Positions 1-8,989 of a DNA stretch of 56,269 nt are shown one piece after another. The position numbers and the translations under genes were made by a program. Numbering within the stretch: the stretch's first letter is position 1; each line of letters opens with the position of its first letter. The stretch lies in the IMG/VR virus record IMGVR_UViG_3300016263_000241, positions 1-56,269 of that record; one strand, given 5' to 3'. The notes under the pieces were generated by a model. It ran no database searches. It saw only the letters and a list, made by a program, of their open reading frames with translations, and had not been told where the DNA came from. This DNA comes from a virus (taxonomy: Duplodnaviria > Caudoviricetes).

Positions 1-22
1 CACTGCCAGCGAAGCCACGCCT

Positions 23-271
23 TCATCGGTCTGGTTCCCGTTGAGGGTCGGCGGCGGCCACGTGTTTGGACAGGGCCTGCCGGACGTAGGCGTTCAACTC
101 CAAGAACTCGCGGCGGGACAGCGCCGTGAGTCGGGACATAAGTTCATCGTCCACGCGCACACGCAGGACGGCATTCTTTTTCGGGGGAGGAGCGTTGGGG
201 GTCACAGCGGGGCGCAGGGTGCCGCGCTGGGCTTCGTGGGGGAAGGATATCGGCGTGTGATGTTGTGTCAT
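23..271 (-). CDS. Ribbon-helix-helix (CopG/Arc-like) DNA-binding protein
   Basis: KNAVLRVRVDDELMSRLTALSRREFLELNAYVRQAL fits the RHH strand-helix-helix pattern; divergent from 384..599. Confidence 0.6.
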   Translation of the reverse strand: MTQHHTPISFPHEAQRGTLRPAVTPNAPPPKKNAVLRVRVDDELMSRLTALSRREFLELNAYVRQALSKHVAAADPQREPDR

Positions 272-305
272 GGGAGGAACAGTGTGACACGCCCGGGCCG
301 CTAGG

Positions 306-348
306 TGTCAACGTGGGGTTGACTAAGACTACCCGAGTCGGGTATCGT
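306..348. promoter_or_regulatory. Back-to-back sigma70-like promoters with palindromic operator
   Basis: TTGACA on - strand (306-311) and TTGACT on + strand (319-324); perfect palindrome TACCCGA-G-TCGGGTA at 330-344. Confidence 0.5.
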
Positions 349-383
349 CCTGCCTCCGGTATGTCCCGGAGAAAACAAAACCT

Positions 384-599
384 ATGACCAAGCCCAGCAA
401 AGGAACCCGCGCCGTGGTGCGGGAACTTAACAACATCATCCACAGTCGGAACCTGTATCACCAGTTACACGGCCGGTGCATTCACGCCCACGTCTCTCCC
501 TTTGGGACGGTCGTCGTCGAGCGGCTGCACGACGGAATGACGGTCCCTTACGTCCCGGGCGCGTTCTACGACGGCTACGGCTCACCCGTTGTTTGCTGA
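384..599 (+). CDS. Hypothetical phage early protein
   Basis: ORF after promoter and GGAG; phage-like small gene. Confidence 0.55.
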   Translation: MTKPSKGTRAVVRELNNIIHSRNLYHQLHGRCIHAHVSPFGTVVVERLHDGMTVPYVPGAFYDGYGSPVVC

Positions 600-611
600 A
601 CACTCCTACCC

Positions 612-950
612 ATGAACCATATGACCAACGATACCACCCCGCGCTGGGACTCCACTGAACACGTCCGGCCTCCTGACTTTGACATCCTCGACTACAGCGA
701 CTTGTTCGACGACCTGCCCTTGGCGGCGCAGGCCTTTGACACCTGTCAGATGACCGCGTCGTGGGGCGACAATGACCTCACGCTCATCCACCCCAGACGC
801 ATTCGCCGGGCTCTCGACGACGTTCTGCCGAACTACGACGAGGGCGACGGCCGGGCCACAGAGCAGATTGAAGAGGCTATCCGTCGCCTCGATGTCATCG
901 AGCAATACGCGGCCGAGGGAGCCTACGTCTACATCGACATGGAATCGTAA
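612..950 (+). CDS. Hypothetical acidic phage protein
   Basis: 112 aa ORF in series with its neighbours, strong GC3 bias. Confidence 0.6.
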   Translation: MNHMTNDTTPRWDSTEHVRPPDFDILDYSDLFDDLPLAAQAFDTCQMTASWGDNDLTLIHPRRIRRALDDVLPNYDEGDGRATEQIEEAIRRLDVIEQYAAEGAYVYIDMES

Positions 951-1001
951 CCGTGCCCTCCAAGAGCCCCGGCCACGGCCGGGGCTCCATGGAGGGCATG
1001 G
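951..1001. repeat. Long GC-rich inverted repeat
   Basis: CCGTGCCCTCCA..GAGCCCCGGCC-ac-GGCCGGGGCTC..TGGAGGGCATGG. Confidence 0.7.
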
Positions 1002-1042
1002 TGCCCACCCCGGCGTGACAGCCGGTCAACCAGACCAACAGC

Positions 1043-1145
1043 ATGAATACACTCGAAATCCGAAACCACCACGGCCACTGGCAGTATCGCGTCCGCTCTT
1101 CGTCCGGGCGCATCTTGGTTGAGTGGCAGGATGCACCAGACCGGC
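1043..1145 (+). pseudogene. 5' part of a small phage gene (MNTLEIRNHHGHWQYRVRSSSGRILVEWQ), apparently cut by a junction near 1125-1145
   Basis: Protein-like N-terminus; the rest of the track ORF (to 1342) overlaps two better frames. Confidence 0.4.
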
Positions 1146-1502
1146 AAGCCGACTACGGACGCTCAGAAGGCGGCTGCAGCGGCTACTCTGGCCAAGCTGC
1201 GCACTCCCAAGGATGGACGCTGCCTTCAGTGCGGCGCCGGGTTTATCTCTTTGTCCGTTGGGCGGGTTGGTTCCTTCTGTTCTCGCGATTGCACGGAGCG
1301 GTGGCGGCGCAACGTGTTCCAGCCAGAGCAGCGGGCTTGTGAGGTCTGCCGCGGCGCGTACATCGCGACGAAGCGATTCCAGCGGTACTGCTGCCGGGCG
1401 TGCAACAACCGATCCAAGGTGCGGACCTATCGCAGTCAGCCAACTGGCGGTACGCCGCGTCGAACGCTTGCCCAATGCCCTGACGTACAACCTGACCGTT
1501 GA
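1119..1502 (+). CDS. C-terminal part of a Zn-ribbon (HNH-associated) homing-endonuclease-like protein, nested out of frame in the intein
   Basis: CLQC..FCSRDC and CEVC..YCCRAC tandem Zn ribbons; different frame from the terminase ORF; 5' end missing. Confidence 0.6.
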   Translation: MSGRMHQTGKPTTDAQKAAAAATLAKLRTPKDGRCLQCGAGFISLSVGRVGSFCSRDCTERWRRNVFQPEQRACEVCRGAYIATKRFQRYCCRACNNRSKVRTYRSQPTGGTPRRTLAQCPDVQPDR

Positions 1503-1545
1503 GGGTGAGCACGAATTCATCGCCAATGGCATCGTCGTCCACAAC
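1123..1545 (+). mobile_element. Intein (C-terminal part) in terminase large subunit
   Basis: Blocks F/G TYNLTVEGEHEFIANGIVVHN ending at 1545, +1 Cys at 1546 directly before the Walker B DE. Confidence 0.9.
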
Positions 1546-2565
1546 TGCGACGAGCTCGCCGCCTGGGACTACCTGCAGGAAAGCTGGGACCAGATCCAGT
1601 TCGGCGTGCGCCTGGGGGCGAAGACGCGGACGGTGATCACGACGACGCCGAAGCCCAAGGACTTGATCATCGAACTGCTGGCCCGGGAGGGCGACGACGT
1701 CGTGGTCACTCGTGCGTCGACGTATGCCAACCTGGGCAACCTGAGCGACAACTTCCGCCGGCAGATCGAGCAGTACGAGGGCACGACGCTCGGCAGGCAG
1801 GAGCTGTACTTCGAGCTGATCGACCCCGAGGAGAGCGGTGTCATCAAGCGGAGCTGGTTTCGCCTGTGGCCAGCGAAGAACCCGCTGCCGCGCTTCGACT
1901 GGATCATCATGTCGCTGGATACTGCCTTTACCGAGGCGACGTTCGACAAGCGCACGGGTGATCCTGACGCCACCGCCTGCACGGTCTGGGGCGTGTTCTT
2001 CCACGAGAAGCGCAACAACATCATGCTGCTGGACTGTTGGGAAGACCACCTTGGCATGCCGGATCTCATCCGCCGCGTGCGCAAAGAGATGGCAATCCCT
2101 TATGGTGACGACGCAGACCAAGCCCTGATCAAGCCCATGTTTGGCTCGAGCAAGCCCATGACCAGCGGACGCAAGCCTGACATCCTGCTGATTGAAGACA
2201 AGGGATCGGGGATCTCCCTGCGCCAGATGCTCGAGCGCGAAGGCGTCGAGGCCTATGCCTATAATCCCGGCCGGGCTGACAAGTTAACCCGCCTGCACAT
2301 GGTAAGCCCTGTCTTTGCACGCCGCATGGTCTGGCTGCCTGAGAGCGACAAGCATGAGGGCCGACCGAAGAACTGGATTGAGCCCATGCTTGCGCAATTG
2401 TGCGCCTTTACGGGACCGGGCAGCATCAAGCATGACGATTATGTGGACAGTGTGACGCAGGCGATCAGGCTTTGCATGGACAAAAACATGCTAGATGCTG
2501 TACAAGCACGCAAAGATGAGGTTGGGCCGCCACCTAAGCGCGTCGCCAACCCCTACGCCATTTAA
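1123..2565 (+). CDS. terL: Terminase large subunit, 5'-truncated, intein-containing
   Basis: C-DELAAW Walker B, TTTPKP coupling motif, RQEL, nuclease SLDTA..D, IEDKGSG, HDDYVDS; Walker A absent (TGA at 1120-1122). Confidence 0.9.
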   Translation: MAGCTRPASRLRTLRRRLQRLLWPSCALPRMDAAFSAAPGLSLCPLGGLVPSVLAIARSGGGATCSSQSSGLVRSAAARTSRRSDSSGTAAGRATTDPRCGPIAVSQLAVRRVERLPNALTYNLTVEGEHEFIANGIVVHNCDELAAWDYLQESWDQIQFGVRLGAKTRTVITTTPKPKDLIIELLAREGDDVVVTRASTYANLGNLSDNFRRQIEQYEGTTLGRQELYFELIDPEESGVIKRSWFRLWPAKNPLPRFDWIIMSLDTAFTEATFDKRTGDPDATACTVWGVFFHEKRNNIMLLDCWEDHLGMPDLIRRVRKEMAIPYGDDADQALIKPMFGSSKPMTSGRKPDILLIEDKGSGISLRQMLEREGVEAYAYNPGRADKLTRLHMVSPVFARRMVWLPESDKHEGRPKNWIEPMLAQLCAFTGPGSIKHDDYVDSVTQAIRLCMDKNMLDAVQARKDEVGPPPKRVANPYAI

Positions 2566-2577
2566 AAGGATCAGGCG

Positions 2578-5103
2578 ATGGACGAAGACGAGAACATCCC
2601 AGCGGGCGAAGTCATCGAAATGGAAGATGATGAGGACGAAGATGTTGTCGATACCGATGACGGTGGTGCCATCGTCAGTCTGGACGAAGAGGAAGCGCCC
2701 CGCTCAGAGGACTTCTATGCGAACCTTGCTGAAGACATGCCTGAGAGCGATCTCAGCAGGATCGGCCAAGAGTTCCTTGACCTGATCTCGAAGGACAAGG
2801 AAGCCCGCAAGAAGCGCGACGAGCAATATGAAGAGGGCATCCGCCGCACTGGTCTGGGCGATGACGCTCCCGGCGGCGCTGATTTCCAAGGCGCGTCTAA
2901 GGTCGTGCATCCCATGCTCACCGAAGCCTGCATCGACTTTGCGTCTCGCGCCATCAAGGAGCTGCTGCCGCCTCAGGGGCCAGTGAAAGACTTTATCCCC
3001 GGCGACGTGACAGCCGAGAAGGTGAAGAAGGCCCAGCGCAAGACCAAGTTCATGAACTGGCAGCTCACGGTGCAAAGCCCTGAGTTCCGCGCCGAGCTCG
3101 AGCAGTTGCTGACGCAGGTGCCACTGGGCGGCGTGCAGTATCTCAAGACCACGTGGAAAGAGACACGCAACCGGCCGGAGTTTCTATTCGTCGGCGTGGA
3201 CGAAATGTACCTGCCGTTCGCTGCGACCAATTTCTACACGGCACAGCGCAAGACGCACGTCCAGTATCTGACCGCCATCGACTACCAGAAGCGCGTCAAA
3301 GAGGGCATGTACCGCGACGTGGATCTCGGCCCGGTGTCGATGGAACCCGACATGAGCTTGGCTGAGAAGGCCAACAACAAGATCGAGGGCCGCGACGAGA
3401 GCAGCTACAACGAGGATGGTCTGCGTACCGTCTATGAGGTGTATGCTCTGGCCGACATCGAGGGTGAGGGCGCTCTCCCCTACATCATCAGCATCGACAA
3501 GCCGTCGGGCAAGGTGCTGAGCATCTACCGCAACTGGGATGAGCTGGACGAAGCCAAGGAAGAGCTCCAGTGGTTTGTTGAGTTCCCGTTCGTGCCGTGG
3601 CGCGGAGCTTACCCGATTGGTCTGCCGCACATGATCGGCGGCCTGTCTGCGGCGTCAACTGGTGCTTTACGCGCATTGATGGATGCAGCTCACGTCAGCA
3701 ACAGCCAGACCATGCTGAAGCTGAAGGGCGGCTCGAAGGGTGGTCAGTCTCTCGAGATCCAGCCGACACAGGTCATGGAGATCGAAGGCGGCTTGGCGGC
3801 AGATGACATCCGCAAGCTTGTCATGCCCCTGCCCTATAACCCGCCGAACCCGGTATTGTTCCAGCTTCTGGGCTTCCTGATCGACGCAGGCAAGGGCGTT
3901 GTCCGCACGACACTGGACGACATTGCTGACGGCAACCCGAATGCTCCGGTGGGCACGACGCTTGCTAAGCTTGAGCAGGGCATGGTTGTGTTCAGCGCAA
4001 TCCACGCTCGTCTGCATAATGCTATGCAGAAGCTGCTCGCCATCCTGCACCGCCTCAACGCGATGTACCTCAATGATGAGGAGATCGAAGAAGAAGTTGG
4101 TGAAGAGCTGGCTACACGTGAGGACTTTGAGGGCCCGCTGGACGTTGTGCCGGTGTCCGACCCGAACATCTTCTCGGAAGCCCAGCGCTTTGCCCAGATC
4201 CAAGCAGTGGCGCAGCGCGCAGGCACGATGCCGCAGCTCTACAACTTGCGTAAGGTTGAAGAGCGCATCCTTGAGACGCTGAAGATCCCGAACGCCAAGG
4301 ATCTGCTCAACCCGGCGATGGAGCCCAAAGAGCAGAACGCGGTGAACGAGAACGTGGCTGCAACCATGGGACGCCCGATTGTGGCATTCCCTGAGCAGGA
4401 CCACATCGCGCACCTCAAGACGCACCTTGCGTATCTGATCAACCCGGCATTCGGCATGAACCCGCTGATTGCGCCGACCTACATCCCGACCATCCTGAAC
4501 CACATCAAGGAGCACATGGCTCTCTGGTATGCGTCCAGCGTGTTCGATCTGGGTAATGAGGCCACCGGCAAAGACATTGGTGATATGCTCAAAGAGATCA
4601 AAGATCCCGATGAGAAGAAGGCCTTTGACGCTATGCTGGCTGAGGCGTCTCAGTCTGTTGTGGCGCAAGCCGATCAGGTCTTCGCATCGCTGCCGCCGGT
4701 CATTCAGCAGGCACAGCAGATCATGCAGCAGCTTGCACCTCAGCCTCCGATGGACCCGAGCATTCAACTGGCTCAGGCTCAGCTTCAGGCGCAGGCCCAG
4801 CGTGACCAGCAACGCGCCCAGATTGACGCTCAGAAACTCCAGCTCACGGCACAGGACAGCCAGCAGCAGGCGCAGATTGATGCCGCAAGGCTTCAGCTCA
4901 CAGCGCAGGAGATGCAACAGCGCGCGGTCGAAGAGCAGCAGCGCCAACAGGCCGAGACGCAGCGTAAGCTTGCTGAACTACAAGCGCGTCAGGCTATGAA
5001 CACGCAAGACAACCTGACGGCCTTGGAGCTCGCAAAGCTTGAGGTCGAGACAGGCGAACGCATCGCGGTGTCCACTGGCACCGGGATAAACCCGCAACCG
5101 TAA
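2578..5103 (+). CDS. Portal protein (P22-like, with C-terminal Gln-rich barrel)
   Basis: Follows TerL; 841 aa; GASKVVHPMLTEAC, PVGTTLAKLEQG, PVSDPNIFSEAQR; Q-rich coiled-coil tail. Confidence 0.85.
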   Translation: MDEDENIPAGEVIEMEDDEDEDVVDTDDGGAIVSLDEEEAPRSEDFYANLAEDMPESDLSRIGQEFLDLISKDKEARKKRDEQYEEGIRRTGLGDDAPGGADFQGASKVVHPMLTEACIDFASRAIKELLPPQGPVKDFIPGDVTAEKVKKAQRKTKFMNWQLTVQSPEFRAELEQLLTQVPLGGVQYLKTTWKETRNRPEFLFVGVDEMYLPFAATNFYTAQRKTHVQYLTAIDYQKRVKEGMYRDVDLGPVSMEPDMSLAEKANNKIEGRDESSYNEDGLRTVYEVYALADIEGEGALPYIISIDKPSGKVLSIYRNWDELDEAKEELQWFVEFPFVPWRGAYPIGLPHMIGGLSAASTGALRALMDAAHVSNSQTMLKLKGGSKGGQSLEIQPTQVMEIEGGLAADDIRKLVMPLPYNPPNPVLFQLLGFLIDAGKGVVRTTLDDIADGNPNAPVGTTLAKLEQGMVVFSAIHARLHNAMQKLLAILHRLNAMYLNDEEIEEEVGEELATREDFEGPLDVVPVSDPNIFSEAQRFAQIQAVAQRAGTMPQLYNLRKVEERILETLKIPNAKDLLNPAMEPKEQNAVNENVAATMGRPIVAFPEQDHIAHLKTHLAYLINPAFGMNPLIAPTYIPTILNHIKEHMALWYASSVFDLGNEATGKDIGDMLKEIKDPDEKKAFDAMLAEASQSVVAQADQVFASLPPVIQQAQQIMQQLAPQPPMDPSIQLAQAQLQAQAQRDQQRAQIDAQKLQLTAQDSQQQAQIDAARLQLTAQEMQQRAVEEQQRQQAETQRKLAELQARQAMNTQDNLTALELAKLEVETGERIAVSTGTGINPQP

Positions 5104-5113
5104 GGAGGCCGTG

Positions 5114-5239
5114 ATGGCTAAGAGCGATAAGCCGAACACAAATGACGTTGCCCAGAAGGGCGAAGGCGTGAAGCAGCACAAGCGGATGGCCATGGGTGAA
5201 ATGCCCAAGGTTCCGTCAATGCCGAAGACGCCTGCATGA
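5114..5239 (+). CDS. Small basic hypothetical protein (41 aa)
   Basis: AAGGAGG RBS; MAKSDKPN..QHKRMAMG; not in ORF track. Confidence 0.6.
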   Translation: MAKSDKPNTNDVAQKGEGVKQHKRMAMGEMPKVPSMPKTPA

Positions 5240-5430
5240 GAATTGAGACTTTGTTGCAGCGACTGGAGCAATCGCAGACCGATCTGGCCCGCGATGCGTT
5301 GCAACAACCTCAAGGCCGTGACCTTTACGAATATGGTAAGGTGATCGGCATGTACGCTGGCCTAGAGCTTGCCAAGACCACGCTACTCAACATGGTCGCG
5401 GAAGAAGAGCGAAAAGGCTTTGATCTATAA
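5236..5430 (+). CDS. Hypothetical helical protein between portal and GroES
   Basis: ATGA overlap; YGKVIGMYAGLELA. Confidence 0.7.
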   Translation: MRIETLLQRLEQSQTDLARDALQQPQGRDLYEYGKVIGMYAGLELAKTTLLNMVAEEERKGFDL

Positions 5431-5448
5431 CTTGCGGGAAGGAGCACC

Positions 5449-5877
5449 ATGCAAGACTTTGTACTAAACAAGGTTCAATTCACTTACGAAAACCTCGATG
5501 AGGCTTTTCCAGCGATTGATCCGGGCGTGGAGCCTTTTGGTTCCCGTGTGCTTTGCCAGATCCGTTTGGCGAAGAAAAAGACCGCAGGCGGTATCATCCT
5601 GACCGGCGACACCAAGGACACAGAGACTTGGAACACGCAGGTTGCAAAGGTGGTGGCTGTTGGGTCTCTCGCCTTCAAAAACCGTAACACGCAGGAGCCT
5701 TGGCCCGAGGGGTCATGGTGTTCTCCGGGGGATTTTGTCCGCGTCCCCAAGTACGGCGGCGACAAATGGACTGTTAAGATAAACGACGATGAAGAAATCA
5801 TCTTCGTAATTTTAAACGATCTGGATCTGATTGGTCGAGTTACGGGCGATCCGCTCGCAATGAAGGCCTTCGTCTGA
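5449..5877 (+). CDS. groES: GroES/Cpn10-like co-chaperonin
   Basis: PFGSRVL, KTAGGIIL, KVVAVG, GDFV..PKYGG, ILNDLDLIG. Confidence 0.85.
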   Translation: MQDFVLNKVQFTYENLDEAFPAIDPGVEPFGSRVLCQIRLAKKKTAGGIILTGDTKDTETWNTQVAKVVAVGSLAFKNRNTQEPWPEGSWCSPGDFVRVPKYGGDKWTVKINDDEEIIFVILNDLDLIGRVTGDPLAMKAFV

Positions 5878-5905
5878 TCCATAAGGCTGATGAAAGGAGC
5901 CGGTC

Positions 5906-6862
5906 ATGGCTGAAGATGTATTTAACGAGAATGACGATGATGATCTCGTCGTTGTAGAGACGGAAGATGAAAAAATCCCCGTTGTCGAGGATGACGCCCC
6001 TACGGCTGAAGAGCCTGATGAGCAGCCTGAGGAAGACGATGAGGATGATGAAGAGCGGATGGGTGTGTCTGAAGAGGACACAGACCAAGAGGTCACCAAG
6101 CGCCAGACGCGCGACCGCCGCACCCGTCGTGAGATCCAGAAGCGCGCACGCGACAATGCCAAGCGCGAGCTAGAGTTTCTGCGTCAACAGAACGCCGAGC
6201 TCATGCAGCGCATGTCTGCGATTGAGGGCAACACCCTTACGCAGCAGGCCCAGACCATTGAGCAGCAGTATCAGCAAGCCTTGTATGAAAAACAGCAGGC
6301 TGAACTGATCATTGCGAAAGCTGTTGAGGCTGGCAATGGCGACGACGTGACGCAGGCGCTGCGCATCCGTGATGAGGCAAACTATCGCGCTCAGCAACTA
6401 GCGGCTCAGAAAACGCAGGCTGAGCAATACGCCCAGCAGGCAACGCAGCCCCGCCCAGATCCGCGTGTCGTGGACTATGCTAAGCAGTGGATGGATGCCA
6501 ACCCATGGTACAATCCCAACGGCCGGGACGAAGACAGCCAGATCACCAAGGCTATTGATAGCTCTTTGGCGGCTGATGGCTACAACCCTGCATCGGAAGA
6601 ATACTGGCACGAACTGACACGTCGTGTCGCTGCTCGCATTGGTGGTGACGAGGCTCCGGCCCGTGAAGCTGCCCCGCGTCGGAAGGCTCCGCCAACCGGC
6701 AACACCCGTGAACATGCGCCTGTTTCCACTCGGAAAGAAGTGTACGTGACACCGGAAAGAAAACAGGCTATGATCGAAGCTGGCGTTTGGGACGACCCTG
6801 TCGCTCGCAAGCGCTACTTGAAGGCGTATCAGGCCTACGACCGTAACAATACAGCTCGCTAA
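5906..6862 (+). CDS. Capsid scaffolding protein
   Basis: Acidic N-terminus, long coiled coil, WMDANPWY, position before capsid. Confidence 0.7.
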   Translation: MAEDVFNENDDDDLVVVETEDEKIPVVEDDAPTAEEPDEQPEEDDEDDEERMGVSEEDTDQEVTKRQTRDRRTRREIQKRARDNAKRELEFLRQQNAELMQRMSAIEGNTLTQQAQTIEQQYQQALYEKQQAELIIAKAVEAGNGDDVTQALRIRDEANYRAQQLAAQKTQAEQYAQQATQPRPDPRVVDYAKQWMDANPWYNPNGRDEDSQITKAIDSSLAADGYNPASEEYWHELTRRVAARIGGDEAPAREAAPRRKAPPTGNTREHAPVSTRKEVYVTPERKQAMIEAGVWDDPVARKRYLKAYQAYDRNNTAR

Positions 6863-6877
6863 TAGAGGAGAGAGCTA

Positions 6878-7420
6878 ATGACCGAAGAACGTATGGATGA
6901 ACGCCTAAAGCGTGAACTGGATGATAGCCGTCGCCCTCGTGCTGCCTCTGATCGCCAAGCGACAGAGAACCGCGAGTTAAGTGATGACGAGCGGCTCGAA
7001 ATGTTCCGTATGAACCTATACAACGACCGCTTACCGAATATCCCCGACATTCCGGGTTATCATGTCTGCTGGCTCACGACGACCAATCCCTCTGACACCA
7101 TTCAAACGCGTGTTCGCCTCGGTTACGAGTTGATCCGCGCTGAAGACGTGCCGGGCATGGAACTGGTTACGCAAAAGACTGGCGAATACGCTGGTTGCAT
7201 TGCGGTCAATGAGATGCTTGCGGCTAAGCTGCCCTTGTCCCTGTATTACAGGTACATGCAGGAGGCTCACCACGACGCACCATTGCGTGAGGAAGATAAG
7301 CTCGAAGAGACCGCGCAGTTGATGCGTGAGCAAGCTGAACGAGCTGGTGGCAGGCTGCTGGAAAGTGATGGGATGCGGGAAGTGGGCGATTACGCTCCGG
7401 CCAGAGGTATTTTCGACTGA
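6878..7420 (+). CDS. Conserved head-module protein
   Basis: GAGGAG RBS; PDIPGYHVCWL..GYELI. Confidence 0.7.
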   Translation: MTEERMDERLKRELDDSRRPRAASDRQATENRELSDDERLEMFRMNLYNDRLPNIPDIPGYHVCWLTTTNPSDTIQTRVRLGYELIRAEDVPGMELVTQKTGEYAGCIAVNEMLAAKLPLSLYYRYMQEAHHDAPLREEDKLEETAQLMREQAERAGGRLLESDGMREVGDYAPARGIFD

Positions 7421-7449
7421 TGGCCGGTCTCTCAACCATCAAGAGGTAA

Positions 7450-8031
7450 ATGGCTATGACTACTACTGCTCAGCCGTTTGGCCTGCGTCCTTCATCGCAC
7501 CCCTCGGGTACGATCCGTCCGGTGGCTTACACCATCGCGTCGGGCTACGCAGCCAATATCTTCCAGAACCAGCCGGTTCGTATTGCCCCCTCCACTGGCG
7601 CTGGCCAAACTGAAGGCACAATCGTTGCTGCTGCAACGGGTGAAGCTTTTGTCGGCACGTTTCAGGGTGTGGAGTTCACCGACAGCGACGGCCGCTATCG
7701 CGTGAGCAACAAGTGGACTGCTTCCACTTCGGCAACCAACATCACTTGCTACGTCACGACCGACCCGACGATTGTCTACGAAGTGCAGACAAACGCCAAC
7801 GTCGTCACCGCTGACATCGGCAAACAGTATGACTTCGCCAACACCACGTCGGGTAACACCACGACTGGTCTGTCGTCGGCATCGCTGGATGTTGCTTCGG
7901 CTGCTTCGAACGCTTCCGTCCGTCTCATCGGCCTCAGCGACGCTGTGGAAGATACGGCGACCGATAGCTATCTCACTGTTCAGGTCCAGATCAGCGAACA
8001 TCAGTTCATCGCTGACAAGGCCGCTATCTAA
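7450..8031 (+). CDS. Head decoration/cement protein
   Basis: PFGLRP, VGTFQGVEFTD, DPTIVYEVQ; immediately upstream of the MCP. Confidence 0.65.
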   Translation: MAMTTTAQPFGLRPSSHPSGTIRPVAYTIASGYAANIFQNQPVRIAPSTGAGQTEGTIVAAATGEAFVGTFQGVEFTDSDGRYRVSNKWTASTSATNITCYVTTDPTIVYEVQTNANVVTADIGKQYDFANTTSGNTTTGLSSASLDVASAASNASVRLIGLSDAVEDTATDSYLTVQVQISEHQFIADKAAI

Positions 8032-8045
8032 GGAGGGCTTGAACT

Positions 8046-8963
8046 ATGGCTACGCCAATGCGTTCAACTGATTTCCGCTCTATCGTAGAGCCTATTTTGA
8101 ACGAAGAGTTCAATGGCATCTACGATCAGCGGGCCGATGAGTATGCACAGGTTTTCAAGACCTTCCAAGGCATTGCTCGCAACTACCATGAAGAACCCGT
8201 CCTGTACGGCTTCGGCGCTGCGCCGGAACTGCCGGACGGCATGCCGGTCACCTATCAGTCGGGTGGCGTGCTCTTCATTCAGCGTTACGTCTACAAGGTC
8301 TACGGCCTTGCATTCGCGCTGACGAAGGTGCTCGTCGAAGACGGCGACCACATTCGTATCGGTCAGACCTATGCGCGTCACCTCGCACAGTCGCTGATCG
8401 AAACGAAGGAAACCCTTGGCGCTAACATCCTGAACCGTGCTTTCAACGGTTCGTATGTCGGCGGCGACGGCGTTTCGCTCGTGGCCACCAACCACCCGCT
8501 GGCAAACGGTGCCACCTTCAGCAACCAGCTCAACACGGCTGCGGCTCTGTCGCAAACGTCGCTTGAGCAGCTTCTCATTCAGATCCGCAACGCTGTTGAC
8601 AACAACGGCAAGCGCATTCGTCTGACGCCGAAGAAGATCGTCGCTGGTCCCAGCAACGTCTTCCAAGCTGAAGTTCTGCTGAAGTCGGTCCTGCGTGCAG
8701 GCACGGCTGACAACGACATCAACCCCGTGAAATCCATGGGGCTGCTGGCCGAAGGTCAAGCCAACCTGTCGCGTATCACTTCGTCCACCGCATGGTGGGT
8801 GGAAACCGATGCACCAGAAGGTCTGAAGCTCGCTATGCGCCGTGGTCTGGAAAAGTCCATGGAAGGCGACTTCGAAACCGACAGCATGCGCTACAAGGCC
8901 ACCGAACGTTATGCGTTTGGCTGGACCGATCCGCGCGGCATCTACGGTACGCCGGGCGTGTAA
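8046..8963 (+). CDS. Major capsid protein (HK97 fold)
   Basis: 305 aa; GGDGVSL..HP, MEGDFETDSMRYKATERYAFGWTDPRGIYG; followed by terminator. Confidence 0.85.
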   Translation: MATPMRSTDFRSIVEPILNEEFNGIYDQRADEYAQVFKTFQGIARNYHEEPVLYGFGAAPELPDGMPVTYQSGGVLFIQRYVYKVYGLAFALTKVLVEDGDHIRIGQTYARHLAQSLIETKETLGANILNRAFNGSYVGGDGVSLVATNHPLANGATFSNQLNTAAALSQTSLEQLLIQIRNAVDNNGKRIRLTPKKIVAGPSNVFQAEVLLKSVLRAGTADNDINPVKSMGLLAEGQANLSRITSSTAWWVETDAPEGLKLAMRRGLEKSMEGDFETDSMRYKATERYAFGWTDPRGIYGTPGV

Positions 8964-8989
8964 TCACGCTGACCATTTGGTCAAAGGGA

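Noticed and set aside
772-1122. ORF in frame with TerL, separated by a single TGA (readthrough or recoding?)
   Set aside because: Its translation has no Walker A or intein N-terminal block and overlaps better genes; TGA is used as a normal stop throughout the genome
3667-4947. Long antisense ORFs (also 26014..27102, 28169..29353, 9608..10558, 32813..33628)
   Set aside because: Shadow frames of GC3-biased + strand genes, with no RBS or motifs
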